A stretch of 64,000 bases of DNA from Flectonema sp. DT1601 (GCA_964019425.1 OZ025781.1:1488001-1552000), one strand, 5' to 3'; positions 1 through 11,656 are shown, counted from the stretch's first letter. Notes: generated from the sequence alone by a model not told the origin. Program-made: numbers and translations.

Positions 1-849
1 GGCATCACTCTCACATCTGGTGAATGCCCCGTAGACACACCCGACATGACATATTTGTACCAACACGCGATTGCAGCTTCTTATGACGAGTCCTTTTTTG
101 TTACGGCTTCAGTCAATACGTTACCTTCACAACAAACTAACGGGATTACATTAGACTTTTTTGTCAATGGAAGAACTTACCAGTGGCACAGAGTACTTCC
201 ATACAAATTCTCTTGGCAATCCCGTCCTGATGTAGCCGTCTTGAATAATGGAAATATTCTTGTAGTGTGGCAGCAGTATGCCGGACTCACAATCTCGGGA
301 CATATTTTTACTAGAACAGGATTATCAATCGGTGAGACATTCCAAGTAGACGCTGGTAATGAAATGGGAGGTGTTGGAGAACCTTTTATTATAACTAAGA
401 AAATGAGTTCTGGTTTTATCATCCTGTGGAAGGAAGACTCTGAGATGGCTACTTCGCAAAAAGATCCGACTCCAGGGATCTGGCTTCGTGAGTTTACAGA
501 AAATGGTGAATATATTCTCGAAGAACCATTCACTGTGAGGTTAGTCCGTTCAGAGTTATCACAAGGTACTGGATTCATCCCAACTGGACTGATGGGAGCA
601 ACCGACTCAAATTTAGTTGTTGTCTGGTTAGAAGGAACTACTTTAAACGTCGACATGTTTAGCTTACAACATGATGGAACTTATGCGATGCGTCTCAAAG
701 GTAGCACCGGCCAGATACATGTCACACCCGGTTTTGGCAATATCGCAAAACCAGCGTTGCCACTGATTGGTGACGAATTTGGGTTTTCAATCATTGCTTC
801 ATTCGGACCATCAGATCCCCTTTTACTTTATACTTTATATAATTATTAA
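1..849 (+). CDS. 3' part of a protein with bacterial-type 'QxxPxVAxLxxGxxxVVW...GxxFxV' beta-repeats; probably 5'-truncated by the window edge
   Basis: The frame is open from base 1 (GITLTSGECPVDTPD-M46) to TAA at 849. It contains QSRPDVAVLNNGNILVVWQ...GETFQVD and weaker copies (GFIILW...EEPFTV; NLVVVW). Confidence 0.7.
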   Translation, partial: GITLTSGECPVDTPDMTYLYQHAIAASYDESFFVTASVNTLPSQQTNGITLDFFVNGRTYQWHRVLPYKFSWQSRPDVAVLNNGNILVVWQQYAGLTISGHIFTRTGLSIGETFQVDAGNEMGGVGEPFIITKKMSSGFIILWKEDSEMATSQKDPTPGIWLREFTENGEYILEEPFTVRLVRSELSQGTGFIPTGLMGATDSNLVVVWLEGTTLNVDMFSLQHDGTYAMRLKGSTGQIHVTPGFGNIAKPALPLIGDEFGFSIIASFGPSDPLLLYTLYNY

Positions 850-1762
850 TAACTTCATCACATACTGTACAAGTCAGGTATGGGCTACCTAGTCACTGAT
901 CTTGTATTCGAGTTGTCTTTATTTTCTTACTACCCATCTCTCGTAACTGAGAACAGTATTTGTTATCTACCAAAGGATGGTTATTCACAGCTTCATTCTC
1001 GTATTCACGTATTGCTCTCTCTCGTTGTTGCTTATTCTTTCAATCCTCTGTCGTGGGTGGGTTGTAGTTTTATTTAACTCACGCTTGTGTCCTTCCTGCA
1101 CTGTTTTACACTCCGGGTGGTGGTGTTTGTGACTGTTAGAGGATTATATTACACTTTAAGATGAGTGTTCCCAACTTGTTTTTTTCTTTCCTCTCTTTGA
1201 AATGATAGCAATTTTTTTGATACTTAGAATGTAGCGGACTCGTAGTTGGGTCTTGTGTTTTAATACATATTTCTTGGTCTTTTACCACATGTTTGGTTTT
1301 TTTTTCTCTCGTTCTTTTAAAATAGTTCGCTCTTATCCACATAATCTGCGTTGTGGATTGAGTTGCGTATTAACAGCATGGTACACGTTCTCTTGTGCTT
1401 TGATTTGCACTGTATGCTGCTGATGTAGTCTTCCTCTCTGTTTTTTTTTCAGCTTGCACAGTGGTTTAGTTCTCCCTCGAGCACAGCTGTTGCGATTGTT
1501 TTATTTTTTTTACTTCGACGAAGTCGGAGAAAGAAACTATTCAGATTAAGAGTCGTGTGCGGTTCAGTATAACTGTCTGTGATCAAGAAGTCTTATCTGA
1601 ATAGTTATTAGTTTTATCTACACTACTTTAATGTTGGTCGTGGCTGTGTGCGCCACATCTCCATCTACCGAGAAAACAAAAAACTGATACCAGTAATTTA
1701 GGTAACTAAGTTAGCTCTTCATCACATTATTTATAACACTTAACAGATAATAATAAATCACA

Positions 1763-2212
1763 ATGGTAGTCACTGCTCGGATGTCTCCTCCACCAATGGG
1801 AATGCTAGGTATAGATATGTTAGAAACAAGAGGACAAATAAATAGTTTGCATACTCGAGTTAAATCACTACAAGCTAGAGTTGAGTCGAGGGGAATGATG
1901 GGTCCTCCAAAGCCATTTGGAAGTAAAGGATCGACAATAATATCTCCAATGCCTCCTTGTTGTAAAAATGTAAGTCCACCACCACCTGCAATGAGCCCTC
2001 TTCCACCTGTCATATTAAATAAGCAGCATGCAGAACAGCAAGTAGTGTCAGCACTAGCAGCGTGGATGGTTCAAAATAGCTCATCGGCGAATAGTCTTCC
2101 TCCACACGTCGATATTCAAATTAGGAAGAGGCGTTCCCTGCCACCGCTTTCAGTGGATATTCCAAGTGACGGATCAAATATAAAGTTACCGAAAGCAATG
2201 AGAATCGCATGA
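1763..2212 (+). CDS. hypothetical proline-rich protein (149 aa)
   Basis: ORF on the same strand as all other genes, with coding-like composition and a TAACAG acceptor at 1741-1746 just upstream. No recognisable domain. Confidence 0.6.
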   Translation: MVVTARMSPPPMGMLGIDMLETRGQINSLHTRVKSLQARVESRGMMGPPKPFGSKGSTIISPMPPCCKNVSPPPPAMSPLPPVILNKQHAEQQVVSALAAWMVQNSSSANSLPPHVDIQIRKRRSLPPLSVDIPSDGSNIKLPKAMRIA

Positions 2213-2837
2213 CTAGTATGGGACTCCTTGTGATGACGGCATTAAAATTACATCTTAATTTGAGTCCCGAAAATATCTATCCTTCCAACAACTATTACGT
2301 CTCTCAGTCCTGTTTGTGGTAAAAAATCTTATGTGAAATGTCCCAGAGCAAACTGCCACTGTGCATGTATTGTACTCCCATCTCTCTCTGTAAAATGTTT
2401 ATTATTATTTTTTTTGTTATTTCTTTTTAATAAGCACAATGGTCAAAGCAAGTAAAACAGCATACATGAAATTCTGTTAAGGCTAATTCCTTAGCAATTT
2501 TGCCTCTTTGTTCAGCTGCTGTCTAATTCGTTGTTTTGTGTGCGTGGTGCTAATGATTTTAGTTAGCTGCCAGATGTATTGTACCTCTCTTTTCGTTCCC
2601 GATCCCCGTCCTGTGGTGTTTACGCACCTGCATTGTACATATATTTGTTCTTATCTAACACTAACTTCTGTTTTTTTTTTCTCTTCTCCTTTTTTTTGGT
2701 TTCCAAGTACACCTTGGCTCCGTGCAAAGTTAATAATCACGTTGTACATAATCTTTATAATTATGAGTGAAATTTCTTTTTTTATTATTTTTTTTTATTG
2801 AAATTTTTTTTATTATACCCCGTCAGCCGAAGCAATA

Positions 2838-2960
2838 CCAAAACAATCCTAACAAGATTGGGTCTAATTACGTTGATGTTGCCTCGTAGCTTTAGGGAGT
2901 TATCTCGATGCTCTTTAGTTTGCTGTATCAGCGATGCATAGTGCGCAATGTATTGGACTT
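2838..2960. repeat. dispersed repeat, copy 1 (homologous to 43755-43852)
   Basis: aacaatcctaacaagattgggtctaattacgttgatgttgcctcgtagc...tagtttgctgtatcag...cgcaatgta aligns by eye with 43755-43852. Confidence 0.8.
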
Positions 2961-3211
2961 CCTTATCTATCTATCTACCAAAAGTCCTCTGTTGCTGTGA
3001 GTTACCCAACAATACTCACAGCATGCAGTAACTTTGGATTAAATAATTAAAAAGGCAAAAAAAAAAAAAAAAATGTTATTATGGTTTCAATTTTTGGAAA
3101 ACTGCAAAATAAACAAAAAGCCAAAACTAACTTTTTTTATTTTATTTTTATAATTGCATTTTATTATTTTCTGCTTAGTTCCTTCTTTTCGGGAGCAAAA
3201 TCGTGAGAACG

Positions 3212-3242
<31 letters not shown>

Positions 3243-3518
3243 TATTAGCACTTCGTTGACATACTTTAACTGTTGTGAATGTTTGTCATTGTCTGTTCTT
3301 ATGATGGAAATCAACTCGTTTATTCAATTCGCTGTTGTTTTTTTTTGGTTTGCTGAGTTTGCAAACCAGTTCACTGCTCATTGTAGTTGTGAGTTGATGA
3401 TCGACGTATCTGTTTTTCGTTAATTACATTTTCTTCAACAGGACCACTGGTGATGGTAGTACCAACAACTGAATTCCTGGTACGTGTTTGTTAAGAGACA
3501 TACTTCTTAACAAAAGGT

Positions 3519-5819
3519 ATGCACAAATACCAACCTAACGGAGGGTCAGACATTGAAAAAGAAAAACTTAAGAAGTTAGAGATATTAAGAAGGACATTAG
3601 CAGACAGTGACGATGAAGATATAGAAGAAGTACCGCCGTTGGCTTTGCCATCAGGACCACCACCTCAACCACCACAAATGCTACCGAGTACGGGGTGGAG
3701 GGCTTCAGATCAAATGTCATCATCGGTTGGGAGTATTCCTTCTCCTGATGATTTATCTTCTTCAAGAGATACTGTAGTGAGGGTTAATGTATCTCAGCTA
3801 CCTGCTCTTCCTCCTTCAGTCAGAGCTGAAGGTCCTCGTCTTGCACAACCACAACACCCAAATGCTGTTCCAGTTCGCAATGAAATGCGCTGGAAGAGAG
3901 GCCACCAAGTTGGTTGTGGAGCATTCGGTAAAGTCTTTGTAGGTCTTAATAACGAAACTGGTGAACTGATGGCAGTCAAAGCCATCTCTTTCTTGGCGAA
4001 TTCTCCCAACGTCCAGAAACAGATTACTGCAATGCGATCGGAAATTAAACTTCTCAGAGAACTCTCTCATCCGAATATTGTTCGATATCTTTATACCGAA
4101 CGAGTTGATAACTCGGTAAATATATTTATGGAATACGTTGCAGGTGGTTCTATCTCCTCTCTGCTTAAGCAGTTTGGTCCCTTAAATGAGACAATTCTCG
4201 TTAGTTACACAACTCAAATAACGCAAGCTTTACTTCACCTTCATGAGCAAAATGTTATTCACAGAGATGTAAAGGGAGCGAATGTGCTGGTTGATGTCCA
4301 TGGAACGTGTAAAGTTTGTGATTTTGGAACCGCTGCATATCTAAATGAAATTCATAGAGAACTTCAGGGAACCCCTTTTTGGATGGCTCCTGAGGTGATT
4401 CTCGAAGAGTCTTATAACACTGCCTGTGACATCTGGTCGCTTGGTTGTACTATGTTGGAAATGCTTACGGCAAGAAATCCGTTTTATCATATTAATTCTG
4501 TTCCTGCAAAGGTGATGATGACTATTGCTTATGACGATATCGATAAGCCTGTTAATCTACCTGATACTTTGACTAATATTTCTGCTCCTTGTAAAGATCT
4601 TCTTATGAAATGCTTAACAAAAAAAGCAATTCGACGACCTGATGCTAATCAAGTTTTACTTCATCCATTCTTACAACTTGATGATGAGAGTAGTGATGAC
4701 TATTACTCATCAGATAATGCTTCATCAAAGGGAAGTACTGGAAGGGAAACACCGATACCATCGGCACCACCACTGGATGAAAAGAACTCATTTCGACGAG
4801 TTTGCAGCAATCCCAGTCATGGATCACTCGTAGCATCGAGTAAGGGAAACCCTACTACACTACTTACTGACTATCCCGCATCATTTGCCAGCTCTCCTCT
4901 ATCAAAAGACAGCAGTTTAAGTTCTAGCGAAGAACAGTCTGGTAGTTGGATAAGAAGCGAACCAAGGAGATCTTCTCAACCAGGATTCCCAAGCCCTCAG
5001 CTGTTAAAAAGTGCGAGAAGCTCAAAAGACGGTTCATTGATGAGCTCTCCTGCTACACCACATAGTCAGTTTTTAAATGGAAATAAGAGACGAAGGACTA
5101 CACAACCCCACGCTACATCAAAGAAAAGAACACCAGTAGCTTCTTACATGACTATGACACCAGAGCAGCAACGGCGAGCGACGAATCCTGAAGCGATTCC
5201 AACGTTTAGAGACTATCATCCAGCAGCTTTAATTAGACAACAGTCAGGGAGGAATACTGGAACATCACAATCGAGAACTAGTTTAGGATCGAGTAAATTT
5301 AGTAGGCAAACTGGTAATAATGGAAAGTTGAAATTGAATTCACCGAGTGACTTGCAATATCAAATTTCATGTCATGTTCTTTCTTCAGTTCTTAGTTGGG
5401 CGGATATTGATCCAGAGTTTGCAGAGACTTTAATTGATGATTCAAGTGAGAGATATGGAGGTGTGAGTGTGAAGAGTTCAAGGATAAGAAGTGCATCATC
5501 TCTTGACTGTGAAACAATGAGAGGTGATGACAGAGTACGATCTGTCATTGCTTCTCGAATTGATACTTCCGGTTCAGAATTAGTATCGACTATAGACATC
5601 TCCCGCAATCGAACTCAATCTAGAGTTCTCGGTCTTCAAACTCGACGTCATAACAGAAATTCCTTCTTTGATGACGAAACATCAACCAACTGCTCTGTCA
5701 GCCCAACAGTTATCCCATCTAAGCGTCGTGTTTGCAACGCTACTCTCGTCGGATGGGGTTGTGTTGGTCTTTTATTCATCGTAATTATATGTTTAATTGT
5801 TATACTGGTAGTAAGCTGA
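3519..5819 (+). CDS. STE11/MEKK-family (MAP3K-like) Ser/Thr kinase with C-terminal transmembrane anchor
   Basis: Motifs WKRGHQVGCGAFGKV, MAVK, HRDVKGANVL, DFG, GTPFWMAPE, DIWSLGC; Ser-rich linker; hydrophobic C-terminus VGLLFIVIICLIVILVVS. Putative acceptor AG at 3440-3441. Confidence 0.93.
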   Translation: MHKYQPNGGSDIEKEKLKKLEILRRTLADSDDEDIEEVPPLALPSGPPPQPPQMLPSTGWRASDQMSSSVGSIPSPDDLSSSRDTVVRVNVSQLPALPPSVRAEGPRLAQPQHPNAVPVRNEMRWKRGHQVGCGAFGKVFVGLNNETGELMAVKAISFLANSPNVQKQITAMRSEIKLLRELSHPNIVRYLYTERVDNSVNIFMEYVAGGSISSLLKQFGPLNETILVSYTTQITQALLHLHEQNVIHRDVKGANVLVDVHGTCKVCDFGTAAYLNEIHRELQGTPFWMAPEVILEESYNTACDIWSLGCTMLEMLTARNPFYHINSVPAKVMMTIAYDDIDKPVNLPDTLTNISAPCKDLLMKCLTKKAIRRPDANQVLLHPFLQLDDESSDDYYSSDNASSKGSTGRETPIPSAPPLDEKNSFRRVCSNPSHGSLVASSKGNPTTLLTDYPASFASSPLSKDSSLSSSEEQSGSWIRSEPRRSSQPGFPSPQLLKSARSSKDGSLMSSPATPHSQFLNGNKRRRTTQPHATSKKRTPVASYMTMTPEQQRRATNPEAIPTFRDYHPAALIRQQSGRNTGTSQSRTSLGSSKFSRQTGNNGKLKLNSPSDLQYQISCHVLSSVLSWADIDPEFAETLIDDSSERYGGVSVKSSRIRSASSLDCETMRGDDRVRSVIASRIDTSGSELVSTIDISRNRTQSRVLGLQTRRHNRNSFFDDETSTNCSVSPTVIPSKRRVCNATLVGWGCVGLLFIVIICLIVILVVS

Positions 5820-5981
5820 CTAGGTTAAGTCCGACTATTCCCCAGTCCCTCAAAGACAGGTTAACACGGTAACGACTTACCATGAAAATGATCAATTTAG
5901 CTAGAAGGCTGATTGTTTATTTTCTTATTGCAGACTTAGGTCTGAGCTGGAATATTACACTAGTCAAGTTGGTCGGATGAA

Positions 5982-6012
<31 letters not shown>

Positions 6013-6739
6013 GATTATTTTTATTTGAAAAAAAAAAAAAAAAAAAAAAAAAAATGTATGATATAATTAATTTATGGCGACAAAAGGGGGGGAAAAAAAA
6101 GGTGGAGATGAAGTTTTTTTTTTTTTTTTTTCTTTTTCCCCCTGAAAAAGAGTGTGTTTTTTTTTATTAAAAAAGAATCTTACTATCACTCACATACTTG
6201 CAATCCTAAGTGTTCTCTATTATTGTCATTTGATGGAATGATGGGCATTATAACAAAGTTAATGAGCTTTGTGGTTTTCAGTAAACCAAAATCGCCTCTA
6301 TTTAACAACATTTATCTGTTGTTTTGTTTGCGTGATCAAGGCTGTAATCTTTACAAAATGCTGCTTTGGAAGGCAGCTAATGTCACCAACGTTAACCACC
6401 TGTGCGGTTTCCCTGCGGGGACTCATCCTTTTTGTGTTGTCTTTATCTGGTTTGTTGCTATTCGTTTCTTTACTCTGCTATGTTTGCATTTTTTATTTTT
6501 TTTTATTTTCTTCCCTCCCCCCTGAGCTTTGCTATTCATCGTTCACGCGCGTCACTGACCTTCAGGTTAGCATCACGACGCAGTGGACCCAAAGATGTTA
6601 TGGGTATGTTTAATTAGTCTTTTTTTATTTTTATTTATTTTTATATTTTTTTTATATTAAAAAAAATGTTTTTTTTTTTTTTTCCCCACTCTTTTGCTTG
6701 ATCACCTAATAATTGAATATTGCTAATACATATCTATAA

Positions 6740-6772
<33 letters not shown>

Positions 6773-6840
6773 ATTTTTACCCAATCAAAACAACAATTTT
6801 TTGAGTGACGGTGATACAAATACAATTAAAGTCCCTAAAA

Positions 6841-6912
6841 CTTACTGATGAAGGCCAAAAAAAAAAAAAAAAAAAAAGGGACAAGTAGTATAAGATTATG
6901 GCCTGAAACTAC
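6841..6912 (+). ncRNA. candidate hammerhead ribozyme (intact or degenerate)
   Basis: CTGATGA (6845-6851), stem II AGGCCA (6852-6857)/TGGCCT (6899-6904), GAAAC (6905-6909). GTAGT-A-TAAG (6885-6894) is complementary to ACTAC (6908-6912) and CTTA (6841-6844). Confidence 0.45.
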
Positions 6913-7644
6913 GTTTTTCCAGTGTTATACGAAACAGCAGAACAATTTTATTTGATATTTTTCACAGTCTTATTTTTCTCAAAATGCATTTTTTTTTTTT
7001 TTTTTTTTAATAATCTCACATACTGATAATTAAACGGTTTTTACGTTTTCGTGGATGTTACTTATTGGTAATTGCTTTAAAAAAAAAAAAAAAAAAAAAA
7101 AATGCAACACAGCTTCTACACTAATCGCAACAATGCTTTTCTTTATTTAAGCTTTCATAGCTTTTCGCGAGTTTTTTTTTTTCCCCTTTTTTTTTTTTCC
7201 AGGGTGTTTTCAGTTTTTCCCCTCCCTCGTATCGTATTTACTTCACAGTGGAAAATCCTCATATTAGAGTCACTGAGCTCCTTACTAAAGCAGCCAATTA
7301 TGTGGCTTTTTTTCACAAGAGAAGCTTTGTATTAAAATAGTTTGCGTAAGGAATTGTGTTCTGCGTCTGAGTTTTTTTTTTTTTTTCTTTAAAAGAATTG
7401 TATCAGTCTGTTGTTTAATTTTTTGAGGTGGTGTCTTCAGAGTTCAAAAAAAATTCTCAAATTTCCTTATAAGAAACAATCCAACAACCAAATTAATTTT
7501 TATACTTTTCGCAACTCTCCTTTTACCCTATTTTGTCTTCAGTTCTTTGTGTCGCAGTTCTATGGGCTGCCACACACGGCTGATTTGATAGGGTTTTTTA
7601 CTTTATTCGTTTATCTCAACAACAAACAAAAAAGAGGGGGAAAG

Positions 7645-7676
<32 letters not shown>

Positions 7677-9033
7677 ACTTGACAGTCTTTCATGTTGAAG
7701 TGTATAGGTGTTTAGGTTGCAAGAAATTTTTCTTTTTTTTTTTTTGTTGACTTTTAGGGTACATTCTGGTTGTTATTTAGTTACCGACCTAGAAACAAAT
7801 TTATTAATGCCTTATTGCGGGGTTTGTGTCAGACATGTGTCGGCTACACTCGGTACCATACTGTTTGCAATTTTAATAAAAAAAATATTTAATAATCCTT
7901 ATTGTGTCCTCTGGGGTCAACCAACGATGCACATGATGGAAAACAAAAAAGAAAAGTTCGTAAATGTTTTATTCTTCACATTGTATTCTTAATCTCTTTA
8001 GTTTTTTTTTTTTTTTTTTGTCTTTCATTTTTTTTACCCAACAGGTGTGCTTACCTGTTGAGCCATTACATTATTATCCTTCGATAATTATATCTGAAAA
8101 TAAATATCTCTCTCTCTCTCTGTTGTATTCTCCCCAAAGAAAGGAGACGTCATTTTTTCAACGATATCACACGAAGCAACTCAGCAGTGAGTTGCTTTTA
8201 GCTTCCCGATACCCTTTTTTCATTCTTTATTTTAAGTATCCCTTCTCCCTTTTGTTCTTTTATACCTGTACTTTCATCGCATGCAACTATACTACGCTAT
8301 TATATTGTGTTCTTAACAATGCTGTGTTGAATTCGTTGTTGGTATCCATCCTTTTGACGCTACTCAGATCATGTACCCTACCGTACCTCTGAATGAATGT
8401 GTTCAGAAATTATTTTGTTTTGTCGGCATAAGCATCGAAGGTTGGGAAGAAGAAAAAAAAAAAAAAAAAAGGGCAATCATCGACTTGACCTTTTTAAGAG
8501 GTCAGGAAAAGTAGTGCGATGAATGGTCGCCCAGGGGTACTAACGTACTTAGTTAGTCTGAATTTTTTTCTTTTTTAAGGTACAACCATTTCCCGTGGTC
8601 GAGAGACCGAAAAGTATAATTTTACTGGGGGAATTCAATTTAAACAATCAAAAAAAAAAAAAAAAAAAAACATCAACAAGTCATTTTCTTTTTTTTCAAA
8701 TTCCCATATTCGACAACACGTATGGAGTTTTTATCAATCTAGATTTGTTGATTTTTTTACTACCAGTTTTAAGTTGCTTTATATGTACTTTCAGTATCAA
8801 GTTTCACCCCTGTCAATAATTCACTGATCGACTTCAATAGAGGTAAAGAGAAATATGGATTCCTCTCGAAAAACCTAATAGTTACTGTATCCTTAACAGA
8901 TGTTAAATAATCGTTTTTAAGTTAAGATGATACAAATCAGTTGGTATTGTACAAAAAAAAAAAAAAAAATCAAACAATTATCCTTTCTAATTTACTCTAT
9001 TTCAGTTTTAATCTATTACTTAACTAAAGGGAT

Positions 9034-9066
<33 letters not shown>

Positions 9067-10820
9067 CGTCGGACATTCACAGTGAGCAAACTGATAGAAC
9101 AAATCATCAAAAAAAAAGTACGATGTTTGGAGTAGTGAAATGATGTAGCGGGGAAATTCATACAGCCTCCATGCTTGTTGGTTAAAGATAAGGTGATTCT
9201 AACCTCTTCTTCATTTAGTTTTGGTAATACCACTTCACTTCACTTCACTTTTTTTTTTTTTGTTCTTTCCTTTTTATTTGAGTCTAGCAATACAGACGCT
9301 TACTTTTAGTTGTAACGAATTGAAGGAACTTAAGGCTTTTTTTTTTTTTTTTTTTTTTGAAATTGTCGGAAGCCATTTTCAAAAAAAAAATAAAGACACT
9401 TCCCTTTGAGAATATGAATCAGCCATCTCTGACACTGCACGCCAAGTGCTGCAGTGAATCCTGATAATTGTTTACGTGCAGTCAGCTTTTCATGTCCTGC
9501 ATTTCTTAGAGTTCAATACTAACACTATTGTCGTGCCTTATCTTATAGATTACGTGGCATGCTTACTTTCTCCTCTCCCCACTGACAGTGTTGTTCCTTT
9601 GAGCCTGATTACGTATTTTATTGTATCTCAATTGTTTTTTTTTTATGGTGCACTTTTTCTGTGTAGTTCTTACCATCTGTTGAGTGTTTGCGGTCTCAGT
9701 CACCAGAATTTATCTTCCAGTTTGAAGGAAAGGAGAAAAAGAAAAAAAAAAAAAAAAAAAAAGGCAAAGTATGTAGTTTGACGTGACTAACGAAAAAAAA
9801 AAAAACAAAAAAAAAAAAAAACTCTGTTTTCTAGTTGCAATCCAGCTTCTTTGTGCTGTTTTTGCGTATTTCTCATCCACACTTTAAAAAAATAAAAATT
9901 ATTTCTTTTTTTCAAAACAAAAACAAAAAAAATAAATAATGAAATGCGAGCTCAGATTTGTGATTCTAATGTCCCGGTAGCAAAGCCTTTTTTTTTTCTT
10001 CTTTTTTTATTTTTTTGTGCTGGGAGAAGGAATTACAAAAAAAAAAAAAAAAAAGAATGAAAAAAAAAAAAAAAAAAGAAAAAGAAAACTTTTCGAACCG
10101 AAAAAAAAAACTATGTGGCTCTTAAAACGGTTGAGTTTTTGCTAGCAATAAATAACCTTATTGTAGAGTGCCTTTTTGCTTGCTATTCGCCGTTTAACGA
10201 GAGATAATTCTGAGTATTTTTTTTTTTTTTTTTTTTTGCTTTCTTTGATTCTACATAAAAAAAAAAAAAAAAGCAAAAGAAAAAAAAAAAAAGAAAAAAA
10301 AAACCCCCATTGTCATTTCTTATTAACTTTTCTCTTTTATTATATAGGTTTGTATTCCTAATGATCCGTCGAATGGATCGCTTAAGGTATCTCTCCTGAC
10401 TGAAGTATAAAAGGTGTTTTCGAAACTTCCTCTGACTCAAATTGGCGACATTTCCTTGAACGAACTCAATTCGATAAAAAAAATAACCTGATCGACTAAA
10501 AACAACATCCAGATTGGGGAGTGGCCTTTTTTTTGTTTTTTTTTTAAAACAAATCTTTTTCCTGTGCTGTTTTGCTATTCTCGTTTTTTTGAGATGAGGC
10601 AGTGTACAAGGGGGGAAAAAAAACGAAGAAAAAAAAAAAAAAAAAAAAAAAGAACGACTGTATATCTTGAAGGTTGCAACGTTTTTTTGGCTGGGCTTCT
10701 GGGTACGTATTGTAATATAAAAAAACGCAACCAAATCCGGTAAGCAGGATAGTAGTATGACTTACCCAAGTAATATGAGGGTACAGTTTTTTTCCCCCGC
10801 AACTTTTGCGAGTGAGGAAA

Positions 10821-10861
10821 AACAACAACAACAGCAACAACAACAACCACAACCACAACAA
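10821..10861 (+). repeat. (CAA)n-type microsatellite
   Basis: aacaacaacaacagcaacaacaacaaccacaaccacaaca in the intergenic spacer. Confidence 0.8.
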
Positions 10862-11656
10862 CATTTGTTCACTTATATAAGATTTTACCTTTCTCACAGC
10901 AGATTTGTGTGAAGTCTTTATATATATATATTTTTTTTTTGTTTTTTTTTTTCCTAAGAAAGAAAGAAAGAAAAAAAAAAAAAAAATCCACCAAAGACAA
11001 CAGACCCGGTAGTCTTTTGTGCAAACTGCCATTGATTACCAGTTAGCTGAATTATTGTTAATTAGTGTTCATAAGTTCTCAATTTTTTCATTTTTTTTTT
11101 CTCTCTTTTTTTTTTTTTGTTCGTTCTTGGAGGTTAGGTGGTCTCCAACGAATTTATCGGCGAACGAATCTCCTATTGCCCTCGACCCTTCAGTTCAGTT
11201 TAGCTAGCTTTGTATCTTAGTGATCATTTCGTGATCACCCCTTTCCCGTTTTCATTCTTTCCTTTACGAGGTGGCGTTATCATGTTGTTTTATTTTATTT
11301 TTATATTTGTTTTTCGGAATGAAATTTAACTGTTTTGACGCAGTTTATTTATTTTTTTATTATATCCTTTTTTCTTTCTTCCCCCCGTTATTTTTTTTAT
11401 TTTCATTTTCATTTTTTTTTTTTTTTTTTTTTTGCTTTGCTTTTTTCCCGTCTTTTTTTTTTTGTGTTGCGATCAATGAGTGTAAGTAAGGTAAAATTCT
11501 CTTTATTATTATCTACAGGAAAAAAAAAAGTTTTATGGAACAGCAAAACAATGTGTTATGTATTCTGATTTAGTGCAAGTCGTCACCTTTTATTTCCACA
11601 CACAACACCAGTTAAACCAAACTACTAACAAATACTGAATTAAGAAAAAAAATAAA

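Noticed and set aside
6154..11568. Many 60-180 aa ORFs rich in F/K runs (also 2508-3314, 24141-24566, 51702-52248, 58494-59607)
   Set aside because: They are translations of poly(T)/poly(A) tracts with no domain content, and many have non-ATG starts.
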